Below are positions 1-9,040 of a DNA stretch of 32,000 bases, piece by piece. The stretch lies in the NCBI GenBank assembly GCA_963699255.1, contig OY969425.1:390001-422000 (forward strand). The letters run 5' to 3'. The DNA comes from an uncultured bacterium. GTDB lineage: Bacteria > Margulisbacteria > WOR-1 > CAVSGV01. Made by a program: the position numbers and the translations under genes. Numbering within the stretch: the first letter of the stretch is position 1; the number at the start of each line of letters is the position of its first letter. The notes beneath the pieces were generated by a model. That model had not been told where the DNA came from. It worked only from the letters and a program-made list of their open reading frames with translations, and searched no databases.

Positions 1-1
1 G

Positions 2-148
2 AATACGGCGGAGTTCACCCCGAAGAACATCCAGACGAAAGAGGAAAGGGTGACCCAGGTTTTCGGGATAAAGATCGATATCCCGAATCCGGAAAACAAA
101 TTAAAGCCGGGTATGCCTGCTGACGCGGTCATTTATTTAAGCAAGTAA
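2..148 (+). CDS. HlyD/YbhG-type membrane fusion (adaptor) protein, C-terminal fragment (5' truncated by window)
   Basis: Open frame from the window edge to TAA at 146-148 gives NTAEFTPKNIQTKEERVTQVFGIKIDIPNPENKLKPGMPADAVIYLSK, a typical HlyD-family C-terminus (TPKNIQTKEERVxxVFxVKI...LKPGMPADV). It lies immediately upstream of ABC genes. Confidence 0.85.
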   Translation, partial: NTAEFTPKNIQTKEERVTQVFGIKIDIPNPENKLKPGMPADAVIYLSK

Positions 149-152
149 CCCT

Positions 153-896
153 GTGGATAATGCAGTTATCACCGTCAATAAGCTGACGAAAAAATTCAAA
201 GAGCACACCGCTGTATCCTCCCTTGATCTCACCATAAATAAAGGAGAGATTTTCGGTCTTCTTGGCCCTGACGGGGCTGGAAAATCAACCATCATGAGGA
301 TGCTCTCCACCGTAATGCTGCCTACAAGCGGAGAGGCGACCGTCCTGGGAATGGATATCAAGAAGGATGAGGATAAGATAAGGCGGCGCATAGGTTACAT
401 GCCTCAGAAATTCAACCTCTACGGCGACCTGACGGTGGATGAGAACATAGAATTCTTTGCTGACATTTATGATGTGAAAAGGGAAGACCTGGATGCTGTA
501 AGGGAGAAAACCCTCGAATTCACTAAGCTGGCGCCTTACAGGAACAGATATGCTCGCCAGCTGTCCGGAGGAATGCAGAAAAAGCTCGCTCTCGCGACAG
601 TTATCCTTCACGCTCCGGAGATACTTTTTCTTGACGAGCCCACACTGGGGGTAGATCCACTTTCCCGGCGGGAGTTCTGGAGGCTTTTGTACGGCTTAAA
701 TGACGTGACTATCTTTGTAACCACCCCGTATATGGATGAGGCGGAGCGATGCAACAGGATAGGGTTGATCCGCGAAGGCGTTCTGCTTACCTGCGATACT
801 CCGGCTCAGATCAAACTACGGACCAATGAGCCGACGCTTGAGAAAGCTTTTATAAATCTGATCATGTGCGCCAGAACGCCAGGATGTGAAGTGTAG
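153..896 (+). CDS. ABC transporter ATP-binding protein (equivalent to YbhF N-terminal half)
   Basis: Walker A GPDGAGKST, signature LSGGMQKKLALA, Walker B ILFLDEPTLGVDP. GTG start 5 nt after the adaptor stop. Confidence 0.92.
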   Translation: MDNAVITVNKLTKKFKEHTAVSSLDLTINKGEIFGLLGPDGAGKSTIMRMLSTVMLPTSGEATVLGMDIKKDEDKIRRRIGYMPQKFNLYGDLTVDENIEFFADIYDVKREDLDAVREKTLEFTKLAPYRNRYARQLSGGMQKKLALATVILHAPEILFLDEPTLGVDPLSRREFWRLLYGLNDVTIFVTTPYMDEAERCNRIGLIREGVLLTCDTPAQIKLRTNEPTLEKAFINLIMCARTPGCEV

Positions 897-1848
897 TATG
901 TCAGAAGTATCAATTGCAGTAAAAGATCTAACAAAGAAATTCGGCGATTTTGTTGCCGTCAATAACATTAACTTTGAAATAAGGAAAGGTGAGATCTTCG
1001 GGTTTTTGGGGCCGAACGGGGCGGGTAAGACCACTACGATCAGGATGCTTTGCGGATTGATCGACCCCACTTCAGGTGACGCGACTGTTGGCGGGTTCAG
1101 GATATCGGATCAGCAGGAAGACATTAAAAAGATCATCGGATATATGTCGCAAAAGTTCTCTCTTTATGATGACCTGACCGTAGCTGAGAATATCGATTTT
1201 TTTGCCGGTATATATCAGACGCCTAAGTATAACAGGGAACATAAGAAACAGGAGATAATCAAGATCTCGGAACTGTTCGGCAAGGAGAATGTCCTGGCGG
1301 GGGAACTCGCCTCAGCTTTAAAACAACATCTGGCTCTCGGGTGCGCTTTGATCAATGATCCCCGCGTCATTTTCCTTGACGAACCTACCGCTGGTGTGGA
1401 TCCGCTGGCCAGAAAGAAATTCTGGAACATCATAAAGATGCTGGCTAAAGCCGGCGTAACAGTATTGGTCACCACTCATTACATGGATGAGGCCGAAAAC
1501 TGCGATCGTATAGCGTTCATAAGCGATGGCGTTGTTATCGCGTGCGATTCCCCGGAGAACCTTAAGACCAATGAAATGAAGGGTTTCCTTTATGAGATAG
1601 AATGCGACAAGGTCATGAAGGCGCTTGAATTGTTGAGGAAACTATCCTTTATAAGGGAGATCGCGTTATATGGCATTTATCTTCACGCGGTCGTAGAAGA
1701 CGAAAAATATGCGGAAGATATAAAAAGCGCCTTAAAGTCTAACTTTATTGAGATCAAAAGGATGGAGAAAACCATTCCGTCGCTTGAGGATGTTTTTGTG
1801 TCGCTTGTCGAAGCTCAGATCCGTCAAAAGAGCGCGGGAAATAAATGA
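886..1848 (+). CDS. ABC transporter ATP-binding protein (equivalent to YbhF C-terminal half)
   Basis: Walker A GPNGAGKTT, Walker B VIFLDEPTAGVDP, H-loop TTHYMDEAE, degenerate signature LASALKQHLALG. The alternative ATG at 898 is probably the true start. Confidence 0.92.
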   Translation: MKCSMSEVSIAVKDLTKKFGDFVAVNNINFEIRKGEIFGFLGPNGAGKTTTIRMLCGLIDPTSGDATVGGFRISDQQEDIKKIIGYMSQKFSLYDDLTVAENIDFFAGIYQTPKYNREHKKQEIIKISELFGKENVLAGELASALKQHLALGCALINDPRVIFLDEPTAGVDPLARKKFWNIIKMLAKAGVTVLVTTHYMDEAENCDRIAFISDGVVIACDSPENLKTNEMKGFLYEIECDKVMKALELLRKLSFIREIALYGIYLHAVVEDEKYAEDIKSALKSNFIEIKRMEKTIPSLEDVFVSLVEAQIRQKSAGNK

Positions 1849-2972
1849 TCAAGCATATTTATGCGATAATGCGCAAAGAATTCTTACATCTTATAAGGGA
1901 TCCCAGAAGCCTTGTAATATCCATCTTTTTACCTGTCATTCTTTTGTTCATTTACGGATATTCCGTCTCCTTTGACGTGAAGAACCTGCAAATGGCTGTA
2001 TTGGATAACTCGAAGACCGCCCAAAGCCGACAGCTTATCGAAAAGTTCGTCCAGACAGGGTATTTCACTATAACGGCGGACTTAAGAAGCGAGCTTAAAT
2101 TTCAAGATGTGCTGGACAGCGGAAGAGCTAAGGTCGTAATAAATATCCCGTCAGATTTCACAAAGGACCTTCTCTCTAATAAGAAAGCGGTCATTCAGGT
2201 CCTGCTTGACGGTTCTGATCCGGTAGCAGCATCCTCTGCTTTAAGCTACATAAACGGGATAGCTCAGCAATACATCGGAGGACTTATTGTAAAAAGGTCC
2301 ATGTTGAATAGGATGAAAAGCTCCAGCCCCATCAATCTTGTCGCGAGGGTCTGGTATAACGAGAATCTGAGAAGCCTTAATTTCTATATTCCTGGACTGA
2401 TAAGCTCGATATTGATGATGCTGGCAGCAACTCTTACCTCATTGACGATCGTTTCCGAGAAGGAAATGGGCACAATGGAAGCTCTGATCGCGAGTCCGAT
2501 AAGAAAGAACGAGCTGATGATAGGGAAGATACTGCCATATGTTATCATCGCTTTCTGGGATGTGGTATTTGTGACGGCTATTGGACGGTTCTGGTTCATG
2601 GTGCCTTTAAAGGGAAGTTTGATCCTTATGCTATTTTGTTCCTGTATATTCCTTACAGGAGCGCTTGCGATCGGGTTGTTGTTCTCGACCATAGCAAAAA
2701 CAAGCCAGGAAGCGATGCAGCTGGCTCTGCTTACCACGATGATGCCTTCCATGCTGCTTTCGGGTATGACCTTTCCGATCGAGAACATGCCGCGAGTGAT
2801 CCAGTTCGTCACGTATCTTGTGCCGGCAAGATATTTCTTAAGGATAATGCGGGGGATATTCCTGAAGGGTGTAGGGGTTTCTTATCTCTGGGGTGATATC
2901 ATCCCTCTTACGATATATTCGCTCATAATGATGTGGTTATGCATTCGGGCTTTCAAGAAAAGGGTTGAATAA
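1845..2972 (+). CDS. ABC-2 type transporter permease (YbhS/YbhR family)
   Basis: N-terminal MRKEFLHLIRDPRSLVISIFLPVILLFIYGY, large extracytoplasmic domain, EKEMGTMEALIASPIRKNELMIGKILPY motif, C-terminal TM helices. 4-nt overlap with the upstream gene. Confidence 0.92.
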   Translation: MIKHIYAIMRKEFLHLIRDPRSLVISIFLPVILLFIYGYSVSFDVKNLQMAVLDNSKTAQSRQLIEKFVQTGYFTITADLRSELKFQDVLDSGRAKVVINIPSDFTKDLLSNKKAVIQVLLDGSDPVAASSALSYINGIAQQYIGGLIVKRSMLNRMKSSSPINLVARVWYNENLRSLNFYIPGLISSILMMLAATLTSLTIVSEKEMGTMEALIASPIRKNELMIGKILPYVIIAFWDVVFVTAIGRFWFMVPLKGSLILMLFCSCIFLTGALAIGLLFSTIAKTSQEAMQLALLTTMMPSMLLSGMTFPIENMPRVIQFVTYLVPARYFLRIMRGIFLKGVGVSYLWGDIIPLTIYSLIMMWLCIRAFKKRVE

Positions 2973-2975
2973 TTA

Positions 2976-4106
2976 ATGGATAGCCGTTTATTTCATTTTA
3001 TCATTAAAGAATACAGACAGCTTTTCAGGGACGTAAGGATGCTGAGGACGGTCATGATCATGCCTGTAATACAGCTTTTAATGTTCGGTTATATAGCCAG
3101 TACGGATATCAAAAACATCCCGACGGCGATCTTTGACGAGGACAGGACAAGTTTAAGCAGGACCTATATACAAAGCATAAAGAATACTGGCAATTTCGAA
3201 CTAAAATATTATGTGAAGAATGAAAAGGAATTTACCGCTTTACTTGACAGCGGCAGGGCGGCGCTGGTCGTACGTATACCAAAAGATTTTAAGAAAAACC
3301 TGATATCCGGCGATTCCGCGGACGTCCAGACAATAATAGACGGCAGCAACTCTTCAAATGCCACGATCATTCTTGGTTATATGGACCAAATAAATTTCAT
3401 AAATTCTAACGCTATATTGAAAGATAGACTTAACAAGGCAGGCATCAATGCGGGCGGATTTTCGCCTTTAGAACTTCAAACGCGTGTTTGGTACAACCCG
3501 GAACTGAAGAGCCTGTATTTTATGGTCCCGGCTATATTTGCGCAGATCCTCATGATGATAAGCATGATGCTGACCATGTTCTCTGTAGTAAAGGAAAAGG
3601 AAAAAGGCACGATCGAACAGCTTATGGTCACGCCGCTTATGCCCTATGAATTGATACTTGGAAAGCTGATACCACCTGTTACGGTGGCGTTCCTTGATTC
3701 GATCTTCGCGTTCCTTGTCGCGATCTTCTGGTTCAGGGTCCCGATCCATGGAAGTGCTTTGCTGTTATTCGTTCTCGGACTGATCTTTTCTTTGACCGGG
3801 CTTGGAATAGGATTGCTCATATCAACGGTTTCAAGGAACCAGCGTCAGGCTATAATGACCAACACCCTTTTTATGTCGCCGCAGTTCATATTGTCGGGTT
3901 TCATCTTTCCAATTGCCAGCATGCCTATTATAATACAGGCATTAACCCATTTGATACCTCTGAGGTATTTCCTTATAATTGTCAGGGGAATATTCATAAA
4001 GGGAATAGGGATGAAATATTTGTGGAGCGAGGTATGGCCGATGCTCATATTCAGTGCGGTCATATTATGGCTGAGCGTCGCAAGGTTCAAGAAAAAACTG
4101 GAGTAG
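2976..4106 (+). CDS. ABC-2 type transporter permease (YbhR/YbhS family), paralogue of the preceding gene
   Basis: IIKEYRQLFRDVRMLRTVMIMPVIQLLMFGYIAS and KEKEKGTIEQLMVTPLMPYELILGKLIPP motifs. Confidence 0.92.
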   Translation: MDSRLFHFIIKEYRQLFRDVRMLRTVMIMPVIQLLMFGYIASTDIKNIPTAIFDEDRTSLSRTYIQSIKNTGNFELKYYVKNEKEFTALLDSGRAALVVRIPKDFKKNLISGDSADVQTIIDGSNSSNATIILGYMDQINFINSNAILKDRLNKAGINAGGFSPLELQTRVWYNPELKSLYFMVPAIFAQILMMISMMLTMFSVVKEKEKGTIEQLMVTPLMPYELILGKLIPPVTVAFLDSIFAFLVAIFWFRVPIHGSALLLFVLGLIFSLTGLGIGLLISTVSRNQRQAIMTNTLFMSPQFILSGFIFPIASMPIIIQALTHLIPLRYFLIIVRGIFIKGIGMKYLWSEVWPMLIFSAVILWLSVARFKKKLE

Positions 4107-4116
4107 GAGGGATCGC

Positions 4117-5130
4117 ATGGCAATCTTAATGAGGTTCAAAGGCTGGGTGGACGGGATTATCAAGAACAAGAGGCTTTTCTTTACGATCATGGGGATCCTG
4201 TTGATATTCGTACTGCTGGATTTTAGCTCGGTCCAGAGAAGCAGGTTGCCGATAAAGGTTGATACGGCAAAAATGGGCGATATAGTGCCCACGGTATCAG
4301 CGACCGGATATGTAAAGGTGACTCAGTCTAAACTCGGGGTAAGGCTGTCGGGCGTAATAAAGGAAATACTCGTCACGGAAGGGCAAAAAGTTAGCAAAGG
4401 CGATTTACTTCTCAAGCTCGACAGCTATGAGAACGCCTTTACCGAGTATCACAGGGTAAAGAGGCTATACAACAAGGGTTATTCAACTTCGCAACAGCTG
4501 GAAGCGGCAAGATTTAATCTTGACGGGGCTTCGATCAAATCGCCTATGGAAGGTATTGTTTCAAATGTAGCCGTTGATGAGGGGGAAACAGCGACGCCGG
4601 GCGTTCCGCTCATCACCGTGATAAACCCGAAGGACCTGACCATCGAGATCCAGATAGACCAGGCGGACATTGGGCAGGTGAAGAAGGGCGCCGATGTCAT
4701 GGTGAATGCGGACGCGTACCCCGATGAAACGTTCCTGGGCAAGCTGGAGTTCCTCAATACCGAAGCGGAGCAGAAGATGATAGGCGGTGTCCCAAGCACG
4801 GATGAAGAGGACAAGGTATTCAGGGGAAAGGTCAAGCTGGACAAAGAGACCACCAAGCTGTTCTCCAATATGAGCGTGGACACTGAGATAGTTGTGCAGA
4901 GGATAAATGATGTCCTCATTGTCCCAAGGGAGGCTGTTGCCAGTGAGAACGAAAAGTATTACATATATATCGTTAAGTGGGGCCACGTGGAGAAAAAAGA
5001 GGTTAAGATAGGGCTTAAGGACAATAATAATGTGGAGATATCCGACGGTATAAGGCCCGGAACGGCAGTGGCCATGTCAAACATCGTTAAGCTGAAGAAC
5101 GGGACAAGAATAAAAATTGAACGCAAATGA
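4117..5130 (+). CDS. HlyD/MacA-like periplasmic adaptor subunit
   Basis: Single N-terminal TM, then lipoyl-type halves (GVRLSGVIKEILVTEGQKVSKGDLLLKLD ... IKSPMEGIVSNVAVDEGETATPG) and a beta-barrel region. Directly upstream of MacB-like ATPase and permease. Confidence 0.88.
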   Translation: MAILMRFKGWVDGIIKNKRLFFTIMGILLIFVLLDFSSVQRSRLPIKVDTAKMGDIVPTVSATGYVKVTQSKLGVRLSGVIKEILVTEGQKVSKGDLLLKLDSYENAFTEYHRVKRLYNKGYSTSQQLEAARFNLDGASIKSPMEGIVSNVAVDEGETATPGVPLITVINPKDLTIEIQIDQADIGQVKKGADVMVNADAYPDETFLGKLEFLNTEAEQKMIGGVPSTDEEDKVFRGKVKLDKETTKLFSNMSVDTEIVVQRINDVLIVPREAVASENEKYYIYIVKWGHVEKKEVKIGLKDNNNVEISDGIRPGTAVAMSNIVKLKNGTRIKIERK

Positions 5131-5824
5131 CCTTGCTCTAAAGGTTGTCGATCTATGCAAGACATATAAGCTTGGGCCGATCGAAGTCCCGGCGGTCTGC
5201 GGCGTCTCCTGCGAGGTAAAGAGGGGAGAATTCGTTGCTATAACAGGCCCTTCCGGCTGCGGCAAATCCACATTCATGCACCTTATCGGCTGCCTGGACA
5301 GGCCAACGAGCGGACAGATATATCTTGACGGCGATAAGGTCGCAGACCTTGATGACAACCAGCTTGCAAAGATACGAAACAAGAAGATCGGATTTGTTTT
5401 CCAGTCCTTCAACCTTCTTCCAAGGATGAACGCAGAAAAGAACGTTGCCCTGCCGCTATATTATGCTGACGTCAGGACCGAAGAGCGGGACAACAGGGCA
5501 CACGCGATGCTGGAACAGGTGGGACTGGAGAAAAGAGTTCATCATAAACCAGCGGAGATGTCAGGCGGCGAGAGGCAGCGTATCGCCATAGCTCGGGCGC
5601 TTATCAATGATCCCGCCATCATGCTGGCCGATGAACCGACCGGCAACCTGGACTCAAAGACCAGCATCGATATCATGCGTATATTCCAGGATATCAATAA
5701 AAAAGGCGCCACAATAGTTGTGGTAACTCACGAGCCCGACATAGTCCGTTATGCCAAGCGCGTGATCAAGCTCAAGGACGGCCATATTATCGGAGATGAA
5801 CCGGTAGAGCAGGTGCTCATATGA
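5117..5824 (+). CDS. MacB/LolD-family ABC transporter ATP-binding protein
   Basis: GPSGCGKSTFMHLIGCLDRPTSG, MSGGERQRIAIARALINDP, IMLADEPTGNLDSKTS. Confidence 0.95.
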   Translation: MNANDLALKVVDLCKTYKLGPIEVPAVCGVSCEVKRGEFVAITGPSGCGKSTFMHLIGCLDRPTSGQIYLDGDKVADLDDNQLAKIRNKKIGFVFQSFNLLPRMNAEKNVALPLYYADVRTEERDNRAHAMLEQVGLEKRVHHKPAEMSGGERQRIAIARALINDPAIMLADEPTGNLDSKTSIDIMRIFQDINKKGATIVVVTHEPDIVRYAKRVIKLKDGHIIGDEPVEQVLI

Positions 5825-7026
5825 GGGAACTGCTAACTAACACAATCGAATCTTTCTATCTCGCCGTAGAGACATTGATGTCGAATAAAATGAGGTCTTT
5901 CCTTACAATGCTCGGGGTTGTAATAGGGGTTTTTGCCGTTATTACGCTTGTCGCGATAGGAGAAGGCGCAAAAACTTATATTTACGAAGAGGTATCACAA
6001 TTCGGAATGGGCTCAAATTATATGGAGTTGCATCCCGGAAAGGAACAGGGGCCTTCGATGCTGACAGAAAAGCTCACTTACCGTGACACAGAAGCAATTG
6101 AGAGGGATTGCCCGTCTGTGGCAGCCGTTGATCCGCGTACTATGGGCAGTTTAGATCTTAAATACGGCAAGCAGAAAGAGACCATCCAATTAGGCATGGG
6201 AGTGTCGTACAACTACCCTAAAGTCCTTAAGCATGAAGTGGTGCAGGGCCGTTTTTATACGAAATCTGAACAGGACGGCAGGAAAAAAGTGGCCGTTATC
6301 GGGCAAAAGGTGGTTGAAAAGCTTTTCTCCGGTTTTAACCCGATAGGGGAGAAGATGAAGATCAATGGCAAGAGTTTTTTGGTGGTGGGCGTATTTGAGA
6401 AAAAAGGCCTTATGATGGGCTTTGATTACGATGACATAGTTGCTATCCCGATCACCACAGCGCAAAAGCTTCTTGATACCAACAGGATCATGGAGGTAGG
6501 CATCTCCGCAAAGAGCGCCGATCTTATTTACAAGGCAAAGGAAGAGGTAAGGCAGCTGCTGATAAAACGCCACAAGAAGGAGGACTTCAGGCTGGACACG
6601 ACGGAAGAACAACTTTCACTTATTAACAATATACTTGGCTTTCTCACGCTTGCTATCGGGGGGATTGCCTCCATATCGCTTCTTGTTGGCGGGATCGGCA
6701 TAATGAACATAATGCTCGTTTCTGTAAACGAAAGGATAAGAGAGATCGGCATCAGGAAATCTGTTGGAGCAACAAGGCGGGATATTTTCATACAGTTCCT
6801 GATCGAATCCGTGGTCATCAGCATGGTAGGGGGCTCTGTCGGCATAGTCCTTGGGGTGGGCGCTTCAATGGCGATAATGCAGGCGCTGGGAATTACCCCG
6901 ACAGTATCCATTTGGTCAGCAAGCCTTGCATATTTTGTTTCAATATTCGTTGGCGTGGTTTCCGGTGTTTATCCCGCCATGAGGGCCGCCCAGCTTGACC
7001 CCGTTGAAGCTTTAAGGTACGAATAA
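5821..7026 (+). CDS. MacB-like ABC transporter permease (FtsX-type)
   Basis: N-terminal SNKMRSFLTMLGVVIGVFAVITLVAIGEG, C-terminal GGIGIMNIMLVSVNERIREIGIRKSVGATRRDI ... YPAMRAAQLDPVEALRYE. Confidence 0.95.
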   Translation: MRELLTNTIESFYLAVETLMSNKMRSFLTMLGVVIGVFAVITLVAIGEGAKTYIYEEVSQFGMGSNYMELHPGKEQGPSMLTEKLTYRDTEAIERDCPSVAAVDPRTMGSLDLKYGKQKETIQLGMGVSYNYPKVLKHEVVQGRFYTKSEQDGRKKVAVIGQKVVEKLFSGFNPIGEKMKINGKSFLVVGVFEKKGLMMGFDYDDIVAIPITTAQKLLDTNRIMEVGISAKSADLIYKAKEEVRQLLIKRHKKEDFRLDTTEEQLSLINNILGFLTLAIGGIASISLLVGGIGIMNIMLVSVNERIREIGIRKSVGATRRDIFIQFLIESVVISMVGGSVGIVLGVGASMAIMQALGITPTVSIWSASLAYFVSIFVGVVSGVYPAMRAAQLDPVEALRYE

Positions 7027-7047
7027 GAGAAAAAAACAATAGGGTGT

Positions 7048-8019
7048 TCAGCTCTGTTTTGCCAGATATTCCTTGACGCTGCTTACCGCTATGGCGCCGT
7101 CAGCGACAGATGTAACGACCTGCCTGAGCATTTTCTTTCTTACGTCTCCTGCGGCAAAGATACCCGGGACATTCGTAGCTAATTTTTCATCAGTTATAAT
7201 ATGGCCGGAATCGTCCAATTTGATGATATCTTTAAGAAAATCGGTGTTCGGCTTGAGGCCGGCGTAGATGAAAACACCGTCAATATTGATAGATGATTTT
7301 TTATTGCTTTGAGTGTCGACAAGCTTCAATGATCTGACCTTTTCATCGCCTTTTATCTCTTCAACTATCGAGTTAAGCTTGAAAAATATCTTCGGATTGG
7401 AGGCGGCTTTTTCCTGGAGGACCTTATCCGCCCTGAGATCATTTCTGCGGTGTATTATCGTAACCAGCTTGGCGAATCTTGTCAAAAATATCGCTTCTTC
7501 AAGCGCGCCGTTACCTCCGCCGATCACGGCCACGTTTTTGTCCTTGTAAAAAGGCCCGTCGCAGGTCGCGCAATATGAAACTCCTTTACCTATAAAGCTT
7601 TCCTCTCCCGTTATGCCGAGTTTTTTCGGCTCGCTTCCGGCAGCCATGATCACCGCTTTACTTGAGTAGGGGTGTTCTTCCGTATAAGCATTTATTATCG
7701 AGTTCTTTACTTCCAGCTTGACGACTTTGCCGAAGACGATGTCCAGCCCGTACTTTTTAGCCTGATCCTCGAACCTCTGGCCGAGTTCCATCCCCGAGAT
7801 ACCTTCGGGGAAACCAGGGTAGTTTTCAATGATATCGGTCGTTGTGATCAGCCCTCCGGGCACGGCTTTTTCAATGAGAAGCGTGTCGATCTCGGCCCTT
7901 TTTGCGTATATTCCCGCGGAGAGTCCTGCCGGCCCGCCGCCGATTATGATCAGATCGAAAGGGGAAATCCCTTCCTTGATTATTGCTTTAACTTTTGGTT
8001 CGAGTTTTACGGTCGGCAT
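7048..8019 (-). CDS. trxB: Thioredoxin reductase
   Basis: FAD-binding IIGGGPAGLSAGIYAKRA, redox motif CATCDGPFY, NAD(P)-binding VAVIGGGNGALEEA, C-terminal NVPGIFAAGDVR. Confidence 0.93.
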   Translation of the reverse strand: MPTVKLEPKVKAIIKEGISPFDLIIIGGGPAGLSAGIYAKRAEIDTLLIEKAVPGGLITTTDIIENYPGFPEGISGMELGQRFEDQAKKYGLDIVFGKVVKLEVKNSIINAYTEEHPYSSKAVIMAAGSEPKKLGITGEESFIGKGVSYCATCDGPFYKDKNVAVIGGGNGALEEAIFLTRFAKLVTIIHRRNDLRADKVLQEKAASNPKIFFKLNSIVEEIKGDEKVRSLKLVDTQSNKKSSINIDGVFIYAGLKPNTDFLKDIIKLDDSGHIITDEKLATNVPGIFAAGDVRKKMLRQVVTSVADGAIAVSSVKEYLAKQS

Positions 8020-8726
8020 TATTGTATTTCCTTTTCTTTTATTCTTGCCTTTGAACGCCCTTCCATGATTATCTTGTTCTGGCCCAGAAGTATCGACATC
8101 TTGTCGCCATACACTTCATTTTCATCTCTTTTGGCTTTTGCACCTTCGGTCAAGATGATCTTATTGTTTTTCGTATCATAAGAAGCGTTCTTTGAGTATG
8201 CGGTTATTTTGCCGTCCGTAAGGAAGACGTCGCCGTAAAGTTTGAATACGCCCTGTTTTTGATCGTAAACGGCCTTGGTTGCCGCGATTCTCGAACCATT
8301 CCTTGTAATTATCACATTTTGATCAGCGATCATAATATCCTGGGCGCTGTCCACCATGAATTTATCGGCGGTGATATCGATCTTTTTGCTGTCAGCGAAG
8401 ATCCTGCCTGAGGGATGTCCGGTCAGCAGGACCTTTTCCAGCCCCACATCTGCGTCAAGTTTTTCAGAATCGATCACGACGTCGCCTTTCGTAAGCGATA
8501 TCGCTCCCGAGCAGATCAGTTTCTTGTTGGAAAGCTTCCAGTTCAGGTTCTTTGCGGAGAACCAGAACCCCTCATATTTTTCTCCGGCTTTTTCGGGGAG
8601 ATGAAAGATGGAACGAAGGTTCGTGAGGTCTTTTGTTTTTGCGAGCGCATCCTTTATGAATTTTCGAATTTTACGTCGTATCCTATTGGATCGTTCAAAA
8701 GGATATCGTTCTTGTTTATCTGCCAT
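8019..8726 (-). CDS. LPS-assembly/export beta-jellyroll protein (LptC C-terminal half plus LptA/OstA-like repeats)
   Basis: Repeating pattern (NKKLICSGAISLTKGDVVIDSEKLDAD ... GVFKLYGDVFLTDGKITAYSKNASYDTKNNKIILTEGAKAKRDENEVYGDKMSIL) typical of LptA/LptC/OstA. The first ~24 residues, up to ERSNRIRRKIRKF, look like out-of-frame translation of the lptC end. Confidence 0.75.
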   Translation of the reverse strand: MADKQERYPFERSNRIRRKIRKFIKDALAKTKDLTNLRSIFHLPEKAGEKYEGFWFSAKNLNWKLSNKKLICSGAISLTKGDVVIDSEKLDADVGLEKVLLTGHPSGRIFADSKKIDITADKFMVDSAQDIMIADQNVIITRNGSRIAATKAVYDQKQGVFKLYGDVFLTDGKITAYSKNASYDTKNNKIILTEGAKAKRDENEVYGDKMSILLGQNKIIMEGRSKARIKEKEIQ

Positions 8727-9040
8727 ATCGCCGATGGGGCAAGGAACTTGATGGTCGGATGCCCCTTGTCAAAGAAGAGGCCGTCAACCACCGAAAGATT
8801 GGCCATGCCGAGGGATTGATTAATGACAGCTGTTTTGGCAATAAGTTCCCAGTATTTGACCCCGTCATAAACCTCGGAAAAAGTCGCGTCTTTGAACACT
8901 ACATCCGCTTTTTGTTTGTCCTTTTTCAAGGTTTCCGAGATCTTATCTGAAAAGTTGTCTTTTGGGAGCAAAGCCCAGACAAAGAATCCGATCAGGACGA
9001 TGACAAATATAGCGGTTAAGATGTATTTGCGCCTATCCAT
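8654..9040 (-). CDS. LptC-like LPS export protein, N-terminal part (probably prematurely terminated)
   Basis: N-terminal TM (YILTAIFVIVLIGFFVWALLP), then DVVFKDATFSEVYDGVKYWELIAKTAVINQSLGMANLSVVDGLFFDKGHPTIKFLAPSAIW, matching the LptC pattern. Confidence 0.75.
   Translation of the reverse strand: MDRRKYILTAIFVIVLIGFFVWALLPKDNFSDKISETLKKDKQKADVVFKDATFSEVYDGVKYWELIAKTAVINQSLGMANLSVVDGLFFDKGHPTIKFLAPSAIWQINKNDILLNDPIGYDVKFENS

Noticed and set aside
2384-2812. 142-aa minus-strand ORF opposite the ABC-2 permease
   Set aside because: Shadow ORF antisense to a confidently assigned permease; low-complexity composition.
4479-4919. 146-aa Ser/Thr/Val-rich minus-strand ORF
   Set aside because: Antisense to the HlyD-like adaptor; composition is that expected from the reverse frame of Asp/Glu/Lys-rich coding sequence.
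153-7026. Possibility that the ABC clusters form a novel defence or bacteriocin island
   Set aside because: All proteins fit known YbhGFSR-like and MacAB-like exporter families. No immunity, peptidase, nuclease or precursor peptide genes were recognised nearby.
7672-8819. Plus-strand ORFs of 82-169 aa (7672-8181, 8415-8819 and others) antisense to trxB/lptA
   Set aside because: Lie entirely opposite well-supported coding genes, show no recognisable domain or coherent operon context, and are typical shadow ORFs.
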